Source of the DNA: a virus | Lineage: Duplodnaviria > Caudoviricetes | Strand: one strand, 5' to 3' | Length of the DNA: 42,013 nt | Virus record (IMG/VR): IMGVR_UViG_3300032320_000269 | Span: 1 to 42,013 of that record | Made by a program: the position numbers and the translations under genes | The notes under the pieces: generated by a model | What the model was told of the DNA's origin: nothing | What the model saw: only the letters and a program-made list of their open reading frames with translations | Databases searched by the model: none | In this document: positions 20,945 to 29,477 of the stretch, in pieces | Numbering within the stretch: position 1 is the stretch's first letter | Layout: each line of letters opens with the position of its first letter

Positions 20945-20952
20945 TATTTATC
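20945..20952 (-). promoter_or_regulatory. Late promoter variant GATAAATA, 6 nt upstream of the gp8 ATG
   Basis: 7/8 match to TATAAATA. The same variant recurs before gp25 and gp2. Confidence 0.6.
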
Positions 20953-23479
20953 AAGAACTTGTGGTTGAAATGAAAATTGTTTGGTAATTTGCGTATTGTG
21001 TAAATGGACTTGATACCGTCAAGACTGTATTACTTTGAATAGAGTTGATGGTTCTAATCTGATTATTCACTGAGATAAACGAACCGATGGTCAGAATACC
21101 TTTAGTGTTTGCTATGTTGAAACGAGTATTTATTCCTGTTACATAGATGGATGAATTGACATTCACCCTACCCGAAATGGTCAGGAAACTAGCATTTGCG
21201 GTATCAATAGTATTTCCGACAATCTCACTAGTCCTATTATAATTTGCATAGTTGATGAATCCAACTGGATGTAACAACTCCTTCAATATCTTTTTATACT
21301 TGGTAAATTCAACAGTAGAAGAGGTAACATAGGAATAATCAATGTAATAGTTTGAACCCGCTAATCTACGGTCAGCAGCAGACAGAATGGATTCGGTGCT
21401 TGTCCATCTTCCATCCGTTGCCAAATACGATCTTTCAATCTCAGCATTAGCAGTAGCAGTCCCACTGCCTTTGCCTGATAAATCTACAATCGGCAAGAAT
21501 TGATATCCAGAACCAGGACTAATAATCCTTACACTTAGAATTGATCCTGGTTGAGCAATCGAATTAGCAGCAGATAATTGTTCACCATCCGATGCCAAGC
21601 AAAATATTTCAATGTTGGCAGAAGTGCCAGTGGGTGACAATACCGTTACTGCGGGAAAGCTATTTGCCACATAATTTATACCACCCAAAGGTAGTTTATC
21701 ATACAATCCAACATTTCTATTTGTTGCAGTAGTTAAGAATGCGACATTGACACGCATCGATGTGTCGGAATAAATTGTATCAACAAAACGAGATTCATTA
21801 TTAATAACGACCCTATCATTGACTTTTAACTCACTGCCAAAAAATGTTCCTGTTCCTGTAACATATGCATTGGTAGAAACGATGTTTGCAGTTCCTGCAA
21901 TTCTTGGTGGCTGAACTTCAATACGAGTTATTGCACCTGTGGCACTTGTGCGAGAAACTACGGCAGCAGCACCAGACCCAAAACACATGCGAGGATTAGG
22001 TCCAAATATTATTTCATCTCCTGGAATATATCCCGAACCGCCAGAATTTATTTTGAATCGTCCAATTGACCCAAATCCTTTCGCAGTGTGAGTAACCGTA
22101 TTATTTGCCACTTGATAAGTAGCACCGATAGCATCAAGCACTGGTGTTACAGTTGTTGGTGTAGTTGATAAAAGAATCTTTACATTTGAAATCGGACCAA
22201 CGGTTAGATTCTGAAATGTCAGTGCATCGGATATTCGTGTTGTAGAATTAGAGTTAATAACTTTCTGACCAGTAAACCCATAATTGGTATCTAAAATATT
22301 CAATCCAGGAAAATCAGAAATTGTATCTGTTGATACGCCGTAGACATTACCAGCATTAGCACCAGATACATCAATACCATCAACCACAACACTTAGAAAA
22401 GCAGATGCATTACCTGATACATTGATGCCTGATGCATCAGTAAATACTGCACCACCACTATTGATATTGATGTTATCAATATAACCTTCAAAGACATCTT
22501 CAATAATGGCAGTGGCATCAATAGTCGAACCACCACCACTAACTACCACAACATCACCAACATTATAACTATTGCCACCCTCTATTATATTAATTCTTCT
22601 AATAATTGAAAACGTGGTCGCTTGAACAGAAATCAAAACACCATTCGAATCTATAATGTCTGTATTTACAACTTCACCATTTTGGAAATTACCAAACAAA
22701 GTTTTTGTGCTAATAACTAATTCGATTGGAAGACCCAAGTTCAATTGGTCAGTAATAATTCTTCGTGATGCTCGTTCCACAATAGCAGTAGCACCTGAAG
22801 ATGCTCCTGTTATTTTTCTATTGTTTAGCAGATCAATATTGAATGCTTGATAAACAATCTTAACAACTGAACCGTTTGCTGGAGCAGTTGTGAATATAAT
22901 CTTACGATATTCTTTGCGTAATAAAAATCCTGTTGTTTGAACCACACCATTTACATAAACAGTAATATCATTGGCAGTGGAAAATTGTGCCAGTATAAAT
23001 GTTTTGACTGTTCCATCACACGTATAGACAGTTGCTATATCTTGGTTGATACGAAGTTTATTATCTACTACCCAATTACCAGCAGAAGCACGAAGAACAT
23101 TATTCTTCGGATAAATAATATCTAACTCTTCATCGAATAGCATTCTGAATAAAAACTTGAATGATTTTTCCGAACCTTTGGATAGGTATAGTGGTAGAAC
23201 ATTTTTTATCAATGTTGCTTTATCTACCCTCACATCACGTGGCAATAGATTGGCATATGTGTTAAAAAAGTTATTTTCAAATTGGTCAATAGATGCATCA
23301 ACATCAAAATTTGTTCTCAAATCTTTTGCTTTACTAGTCAAATCATTATTATTTGTTCCCTGTTTATTTTCAAGAAACTCATAGTATGCTTCAACGAATG
23401 CAATAAACGCAGGATACTCTTCCCTGATATATTCAGGAATTTGTTTGTTTACAAGAACTGAGGTTTTTAAATTACTCAT
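20951..23479 (-). CDS. gp7: Baseplate wedge initiator gp7-like
   Basis: QIPEYIREEYPAFIAFVEAYYEFLE, LIKNV..LYLSKGSEKSFKFLFRMLFDEE, YYIDYSYV...YKKILKELLHPVG. Located between gp6 and gp8. Confidence 0.78.
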   Translation of the reverse strand: MSNLKTSVLVNKQIPEYIREEYPAFIAFVEAYYEFLENKQGTNNNDLTSKAKDLRTNFDVDASIDQFENNFFNTYANLLPRDVRVDKATLIKNVLPLYLSKGSEKSFKFLFRMLFDEELDIIYPKNNVLRASAGNWVVDNKLRINQDIATVYTCDGTVKTFILAQFSTANDITVYVNGVVQTTGFLLRKEYRKIIFTTAPANGSVVKIVYQAFNIDLLNNRKITGASSGATAIVERASRRIITDQLNLGLPIELVISTKTLFGNFQNGEVVNTDIIDSNGVLISVQATTFSIIRRINIIEGGNSYNVGDVVVVSGGGSTIDATAIIEDVFEGYIDNININSGGAVFTDASGINVSGNASAFLSVVVDGIDVSGANAGNVYGVSTDTISDFPGLNILDTNYGFTGQKVINSNSTTRISDALTFQNLTVGPISNVKILLSTTPTTVTPVLDAIGATYQVANNTVTHTAKGFGSIGRFKINSGGSGYIPGDEIIFGPNPRMCFGSGAAAVVSRTSATGAITRIEVQPPRIAGTANIVSTNAYVTGTGTFFGSELKVNDRVVINNESRFVDTIYSDTSMRVNVAFLTTATNRNVGLYDKLPLGGINYVANSFPAVTVLSPTGTSANIEIFCLASDGEQLSAANSIAQPGSILSVRIISPGSGYQFLPIVDLSGKGSGTATANAEIERSYLATDGRWTSTESILSAADRRLAGSNYYIDYSYVTSSTVEFTKYKKILKELLHPVGFINYANYNRTSEIVGNTIDTANASFLTISGRVNVNSSIYVTGINTRFNIANTKGILTIGSFISVNNQIRTINSIQSNTVLTVSSPFTQYANYQTIFISTTSS

Positions 23480-25524
23480 TATTGTTCAATAATTAATGTA
23501 GTTGAAATAGCAGTTGGATCAGTATCATCAATTGTCACAATAGTATTTCTATTAGTTTTAATTACTGTATTTTCAGATTCTATGGTAAAACGAATAAATC
23601 CATCAGGTGAAGCTACGGATAAAATTATAATATCATTAATTTTTAGTGTTCCAAGATTATAATCAATAGTACCTGCATTAGAGTTGACGATTTGTCTCTC
23701 GGAGAATTGATTATAATAAACTGTTCGTAGTGTTCCTGTTCTTGAATCAATCACTGGAATGGCAGATGCACCATATCCACCACCACCAGAAATAGTGATG
23801 ATAGCACGTGTATAATCAATACCACGATTGGTTATCTCTATCCTAGAAATTTTACCATTAACTAACACGGCATATGCTTCTGCTCCAATACCATCACCTG
23901 TAATAGTAACAGTTGGCGGAGAAGTAAAATCAATACCTGGATTCAAAACTTCAACATAGGATATTCCCGAAAATGATTGGGGAACTTCTTCAAACTGAAC
24001 TTCTCTCTCTACTCCATTTTCCAAAGTTGTGAAAAATGTAGAAGTTAATCTATTACCAATAGTTCCTCTATTGAGTGGGACATTGAAATTAACTGTGTAT
24101 GGTTTCTCGGAAGTCAAAGAAGGAAGCAATCTTTTTTGAACACGAACAGTTGACTGTGAACCGAAAAAAGAATTTAAGTCTGTGTTATCAATAGTTTTTT
24201 GGAGTTTTGACAATACAAACTTAGAAGAAAATTTATTTAAGTAAACACTGTTATAATTAATAATTGCGGTTCGTATGTTTTCTTTAAGAAGTCCTTCAGT
24301 CAAAGTTGTCTTTCTTGGGTCATATCTAACCGTATTTTCCAAAAGTATATACAAAAACTCTGGATCACGAATAATCACATCAGTGGTAACTATTGCTTTG
24401 GGTTTTATAACCTCATCAATAATTCTTTGTTTTTCTGCTTCTGAAATATAATAATTTGTTTTTGGTTTTAAAGAAATGAATACTTTACCATATACTGGTT
24501 TCTCTTCATCCTCTCCACCCCACACCGAAATAGAATCCAGTGAAGTATAATTTTGTAGAATATATGTTTCATAATCCTTGAATGTTACCAACCTATTCTG
24601 TGTAGCAAACTGAGATGCCGTAGAAAACTTGATTGAGTCTACACTTTCTTGTAGAGCACCACCAGAAGCAGTTGATACTAAAGTTGTAATAATATTACTA
24701 GAACCACCTATACCCTCTGAGGATATAAATGAGTTTGCTCTATTTGCGGCTGTGCCAGAAGTAATCAAATAATTGATAGTTACGATTGAACCATCTAATA
24801 ATGCTGCTCCAATTACATTATCACCAAAACTTATTTGGTATTTCCCATCAGGACCTTCATTTAAAAAATACACTAACGATGCTGATGTTACATCAAGAAT
24901 ATCTGTTACTTTATTATAAGTAAAACTCGTTGTATTTGCCACATTAGGATTAACAGTAACTCTGAGTGTTCTGGTATCAACATTTTGGTTTGGTATTACA
25001 AACACGGATTTTGGATTCGATGTTGAATTATAAACTTGACTATATGTGGAATACTGTCCCTCATAGATATCAATATTTTCAAATACATATTGTGTTCCAG
25101 TTTTAGAAACACTTACATCCTCAATAGTTACAAAATTATATGAACGATTATCAATGCTTTCAGAATAAAAAGAAAAACCACGTGGAATAGTCGCAGTTCC
25201 ATCAACGGATGTCGCAGTTTCAACAGTTACATTTACTGTTGCTTTAGGGGCAGAGATTGAATAAGGAACATAGTTGAGAGTTTTAGCATGTGACACTACA
25301 GCAGTGCGAGTGGTTGCTGTGTCCAGAAAGGATTCGTTCGCAACCATGTTTAGATAGTATGCATTATAGTGAGTATTATATGCCAGAATGTCTAGTAACA
25401 CATTTAGACCAGCACCTTCAAAGTCATAGTCAGTAAACTCTGATTGTTGTTTTAAATAATTTTTTAAGTTAGTTTTGATTGTATCAAAATCAAGGTCCGT
25501 AACTTGTAAACGAGCATTTGACAT
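23479..25524 (-). CDS. gp6: Baseplate wedge subunit gp6
   Basis: LDFDTIKTNLKNYLKQQSEFTDYDFEGAGLNVLLDILAYNTHYNAYYLNMVANESFLDTA, FGDNVIG, QNRLVT..DY, VWGGE....PVYGKVFISLKP. Confidence 0.95.
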   Translation of the reverse strand: MSNARLQVTDLDFDTIKTNLKNYLKQQSEFTDYDFEGAGLNVLLDILAYNTHYNAYYLNMVANESFLDTATTRTAVVSHAKTLNYVPYSISAPKATVNVTVETATSVDGTATIPRGFSFYSESIDNRSYNFVTIEDVSVSKTGTQYVFENIDIYEGQYSTYSQVYNSTSNPKSVFVIPNQNVDTRTLRVTVNPNVANTTSFTYNKVTDILDVTSASLVYFLNEGPDGKYQISFGDNVIGAALLDGSIVTINYLITSGTAANRANSFISSEGIGGSSNIITTLVSTASGGALQESVDSIKFSTASQFATQNRLVTFKDYETYILQNYTSLDSISVWGGEDEEKPVYGKVFISLKPKTNYYISEAEKQRIIDEVIKPKAIVTTDVIIRDPEFLYILLENTVRYDPRKTTLTEGLLKENIRTAIINYNSVYLNKFSSKFVLSKLQKTIDNTDLNSFFGSQSTVRVQKRLLPSLTSEKPYTVNFNVPLNRGTIGNRLTSTFFTTLENGVEREVQFEEVPQSFSGISYVEVLNPGIDFTSPPTVTITGDGIGAEAYAVLVNGKISRIEITNRGIDYTRAIITISGGGGYGASAIPVIDSRTGTLRTVYYNQFSERQIVNSNAGTIDYNLGTLKINDIIILSVASPDGFIRFTIESENTVIKTNRNTIVTIDDTDPTAISTTLIIEQ

Positions 25525-25944
25525 TTATCGAATCCGTTCAAGGAAAAATGTAACTATAATTGGTTGTGTTTGATTAATAACTCTAAAATATATTTCCACT
25601 GAAAAAGCATTTCTATCATAGTCAGGTTTAACGATAACTTGAATGTCATCCTTATTATCAGAAATAGCTCTCGGTTCATAATTTTTTATGACTTGATATA
25701 TTTCCCTCTGCATGGCAATTGCTGTTATGGGATCAAGATTTTCAAACAATAGTTTACGAACATTCGAACCTATCTCTGGTTGAAATGGTTTTTCGTAGTG
25801 ATTAGTGAGGACTAAATTTTTTATTGAATTAATAACTGCCTTGACACCGACATGTTTATTAATATCCTTTTTGACAGGATGGGGGATGAACGATAAGTCC
25901 AAATCCTTAAAATCTCGTACCGTATCTGTAGTAGCTGTAGCCAT
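25525..25944 (-). CDS. gp25: Baseplate wedge subunit gp25
   Basis: FKDLDLSF..HPVKKD...AVINSIKNLVLTNHYEKPFQPEIGS.VRKLLFE...IKNYEPR...FLERIR. Confidence 0.93.
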   Translation of the reverse strand: MATATTDTVRDFKDLDLSFIPHPVKKDINKHVGVKAVINSIKNLVLTNHYEKPFQPEIGSNVRKLLFENLDPITAIAMQREIYQVIKNYEPRAISDNKDDIQVIVKPDYDRNAFSVEIYFRVINQTQPIIVTFFLERIR

Positions 25945-25948
25945 ATGC

Positions 25949-25956
25949 TATTTATC
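25949..25956 (-). promoter_or_regulatory. Late promoter variant GATAAATA, 4 nt upstream of the gp25 ATG
   Basis: 7/8 match to the consensus in a 15-nt intergenic gap. Confidence 0.6.
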
Positions 25957-25959
25957 CAT

Positions 25960-26814
25960 TTATGTGGGAAAAACACCTGTGTTTGAATCGTGGTATATGG
26001 GTGCTGACACATTTGCTATCAATTCATCTGTTCCTACTTTATAATAAACAAGATGTGATTTCATTTTACCCATATTGCTAAACTGTGAAACCTCTCCCAT
26101 ATCTCTGGCAATTTCGTTTGCTTTTTTAAAAAAATTCCAATCATGTAATCTACGAGTGGCAATCATTGTATTAGCAATAGCAATATATGAGTTGATTGTT
26201 TCCAGTGCTAAACCACCCAAATTAGACGATTGAGTTACAGGAAGTCCACCAACTACTATTGATGAATTCAATGAAGCGTAAGCATTGGCAAGTATTGACG
26301 CATTCGATGTTAATTGATTGTTAATATATAAACTAGTAAAACTGCCCAATGCTCCAACTGTATTTGCCACATTATCGGCAGCATAAAGAATTTGGACTAA
26401 TGTTTCTCCTACTCCCATAGCGGATTCATACTCAGGTATGTCTGTATCCGCAGTAAATCCATCGGCAGTCGTGTCAATTACACCAGAAATATTATCTGTA
26501 TGTGATTTGAATCTATCTAACTCAAGAATAAAATTATTTGCTTGTGTGGCGATATTCGATAATGAAAGATTTTGTGCCAATAAATTAATTGAATTGGCAG
26601 TATTGCGTAATGTGATATAAAGATTTGCTGTGGGGTTTCTATAATATCTGTTTCTACTAGCAGTTGAGTCCGCAACATCTCTATATTGCCAAGTATACAA
26701 ACTATTTTTTTGTATTTCTAAATTTTTCTTTGCTCCATCTAAAAGTTGATCCGCCCCTTCAAAATTAACTGAATCAAAATCATATCCTAATCGTCCAAAC
26801 ACAGTATTTGCCAT
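25960..26814 (-). CDS. Hypothetical protein (284 aa), likely baseplate-associated
   Basis: ORF track with a GGAG SD. Located between gp5-C and gp25. No family recognised. Confidence 0.7.
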   Translation of the reverse strand: MANTVFGRLGYDFDSVNFEGADQLLDGAKKNLEIQKNSLYTWQYRDVADSTASRNRYYRNPTANLYITLRNTANSINLLAQNLSLSNIATQANNFILELDRFKSHTDNISGVIDTTADGFTADTDIPEYESAMGVGETLVQILYAADNVANTVGALGSFTSLYINNQLTSNASILANAYASLNSSIVVGGLPVTQSSNLGGLALETINSYIAIANTMIATRRLHDWNFFKKANEIARDMGEVSQFSNMGKMKSHLVYYKVGTDELIANVSAPIYHDSNTGVFPT

Positions 26815-26834
26815 TTTATTTCTCCATTATGTTT

Positions 26835-28112
26835 TTAAGCTGACACAGTTATTCCAGAAAATCCAGAAGGAGCTGCTGTTCCTGCTGCGCCTGCTGCACC
26901 TCCAGCGGCCGCCCCACCAGCAGAAGAACCACTTCCCATAGGAGGGTCTGGAATAAGTAGTTTCTTAGTAAGACCAAATTTAGTCACATGTTTATGAGCA
27001 TTATATTTCATTCTTAATGACATCAAAAATCCACCAAAATCTCTAACCATTAAAAACCCACCAAGTGGTGCTTTTACTGCCAAAGATGCATCAATGACTC
27101 CTGGTATTCCACCAGTTGGTGCGGGTATACCACATTTGATTCCGCCAGCACATACTATACCACCTAATCCAACAAACATACCACCAGTAGCAGTTACTGC
27201 TCCAGTAGAGGAAATTGTTTCCGAGTTTAATGCGCCTCCAATAAAAACTTCGGAATTTAAAAAAATGTTTTGTAGTTGTCCAGGCGCATCTAAAGTTATT
27301 GCACTAGTTGATGTAGGACCTCCACCAGCAGCAAATTTGATGTCACCACCAGCAGTCCCATATATTCCCTGCTTTCCAATAAGATTATATTCACCATCAA
27401 CTCTTAGATTGTAATTACCCTTAACATATTCATCTCTATCCCCATTAACTTCCAATAAACAATCACCAGTAACTGAAACGTGACACGTTCCCTGAACTAA
27501 AACTTTATTGTCTTTTGATGATATATGATAACTTGTTCCTCTACTATTGGTGATAATATCTCCATTATCTTTTATTTCAATATATGAGTTTGACGGTCCG
27601 TGTTCAATAGCAATAAATGATTCACCTGGCGCACCAGACATAAACACCGCACTCTTTGATTCTGGACATTGCAGAACTGTCATGTGTCCGATGTGAACAG
27701 GATTCAGGGCTGAATCTTCATTGCCAGTTCGTTGCTCCATTTGTCGAAGAGGAGTGTTCCAAGCATTTTTTCCTGGAAAATTCTTTAATGCTTGTTCTTC
27801 CTCTGCGGCATATAGGTTTCTTGTTTCTGCCGTTTGTTTTAATGCTTGGTCTATTGGAGAACCTGGAACTATAGTTTCTGGAAGAATGCTGCCATATCCA
27901 GCCGATGTGCTATCCAATGCTCTTTCTGATACAGCAGGAATATCATCTACTACTGGAGTGGTTGTGGCGACACTATCTTGCACTTGAGAATTTATAAATG
28001 CCGATATACTATCTGGTGCTACATAGACACCACTTTGTGCATTAGTTTGCTGTGAGATTTGTGTTGCTTTTGCTATAATCTCTGCTAGTTGTTCTTCTTT
28101 AGTTGCCACCAT
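26835..28112 (-). CDS. Tail spike, gp5 C-terminal part (beta-helix with an HxH apex motif)
   Basis: IEHGPSNSYIEIKDNGD...KDNKVLVQGTCHVSVTGDCLLEVNGDRDEYVKGNYNLRVDGEYN are 8-residue VxG repeats. YNAHKH lies near the C-terminus. Confidence 0.8.
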   Translation of the reverse strand: MVATKEEQLAEIIAKATQISQQTNAQSGVYVAPDSISAFINSQVQDSVATTTPVVDDIPAVSERALDSTSAGYGSILPETIVPGSPIDQALKQTAETRNLYAAEEEQALKNFPGKNAWNTPLRQMEQRTGNEDSALNPVHIGHMTVLQCPESKSAVFMSGAPGESFIAIEHGPSNSYIEIKDNGDIITNSRGTSYHISSKDNKVLVQGTCHVSVTGDCLLEVNGDRDEYVKGNYNLRVDGEYNLIGKQGIYGTAGGDIKFAAGGGPTSTSAITLDAPGQLQNIFLNSEVFIGGALNSETISSTGAVTATGGMFVGLGGIVCAGGIKCGIPAPTGGIPGVIDASLAVKAPLGGFLMVRDFGGFLMSLRMKYNAHKHVTKFGLTKKLLIPDPPMGSGSSAGGAAAGGAAGAAGTAAPSGFSGITVSA

Positions 28113-28118
28113 TCACTC

Positions 28119-29471
28119 CTATAATATGCTTCCAATAATTTTATTTTCTTTAAAACTTGCTGAAGTTTCTGGAAATTCTCGTTCAAATATTGCTTCAGCT
28201 TCTGCATCAGTATATCCAGTGGGTTTTACAAATGAATAAGTGCCATCTGTATTTTGTTTTAAGTCGAAATCTGTCGCAGTTTGAAATTCCTGTACTAGAG
28301 CTTCGGTTCTTTGTGCTTCGGTTAAAAGTGCGCTGGTGCTAGTAACCAAATCACCTATGGCCTGAAACGTATCACCTAAACCCGCATTAAGGGTATCTGT
28401 TGGTAATGCTTCAGAAATAAGTTCATAGATAAAAATTGCTATTTCGTAAAATGCTTCTCGTATACATCTATCCAATAATTTTTTAAGATATGTTGGAAGA
28501 TTTAATATAAACTGAACAATTGCTTTAAGCAAATTAATTTGCTGAATTCCATACGCAACCATTTTATTAATTCGTTTAAGTAATGTCGTAATCTTTTTTA
28601 TTTGTGCAGCGGCATATCTTATTTTATCTGCTATGTAAGCAGAGAAAGGAGATACACCCAAAAGAGCAAATGCTCTTTGTAACCCCTCTCGTATTAGGTG
28701 TGCAACTTGTCGAGCAATTTCAGAACCACCTAAAGACTTCCTCACTTTTATCGCAACATCGCAAACGTGTGCTCTATTCCTATTCGAATAAGCAACTCCA
28801 GTGTTTTGGACAATACCCCTTGCATACGAAGGTAGAACAGGATAGTCAGATCGTATATCTTGAGTTCCTCGAAAGGTATTAGGTATTCTTGGTCCTAAAT
28901 TTATTTCTGCTTGAGGTCTGTTATCTATAAATCCTTGTTGAATTCTTTGATTATTTCTTGTATCCAAATCGGTTGAAAGTTGTCGTAAATTCCCAACTGT
29001 AGACCTTTTCAAATTAATCTGTAGAGACAATCTCGCAATATTTTTTAAATTATTTAAACTTGGATTAACCGCAGCAGCTTGCCACTGAGTTTCTAATTTT
29101 TCTAAATTTCGATTTTCTAAGTTTAATCTATCATTGACTGTTTTAATAATTACATTAGAATTTGTTGGTTGTCTAATTTCAACCGAACGAATTCCACTAA
29201 CAATAACACTGCTTACAATAGGACGTTCTGTGTCAATGACTCCTGCTTTGTTCTTCCTGTAATAACCAGTTACCCAATCTCCGTTTTTCGGTCCAGAAAA
29301 AAGGTGTGCCATTCCAGCAGCAACTTCAACCATAGCCCACGGAAGTTTGTCTGTTGGTATTTCTTGAACATTTTCACTATGAGTTCCAATAACACGAACT
29401 CGAACGTGACCAGTTCCTAAAGGGTCTTTTATATCTTCAACAACACCTTGAAATGTTACAATATCTTCCAT
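28119..29471 (-). CDS. Tail spike, gp5 N-terminal OB-fold part with a long helical extension
   Basis: FQGVVEDIKDPLGTGHVRVRVIGTH.....EIPTDKLPWA...GPKNGDWVTGYY...RPIV matches the gp5 OB-fold signature. Confidence 0.82.
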   Translation of the reverse strand: MEDIVTFQGVVEDIKDPLGTGHVRVRVIGTHSENVQEIPTDKLPWAMVEVAAGMAHLFSGPKNGDWVTGYYRKNKAGVIDTERPIVSSVIVSGIRSVEIRQPTNSNVIIKTVNDRLNLENRNLEKLETQWQAAAVNPSLNNLKNIARLSLQINLKRSTVGNLRQLSTDLDTRNNQRIQQGFIDNRPQAEINLGPRIPNTFRGTQDIRSDYPVLPSYARGIVQNTGVAYSNRNRAHVCDVAIKVRKSLGGSEIARQVAHLIREGLQRAFALLGVSPFSAYIADKIRYAAAQIKKITTLLKRINKMVAYGIQQINLLKAIVQFILNLPTYLKKLLDRCIREAFYEIAIFIYELISEALPTDTLNAGLGDTFQAIGDLVTSTSALLTEAQRTEALVQEFQTATDFDLKQNTDGTYSFVKPTGYTDAEAEAIFEREFPETSASFKENKIIGSIL

Positions 29472-29477
29472 TCGATT

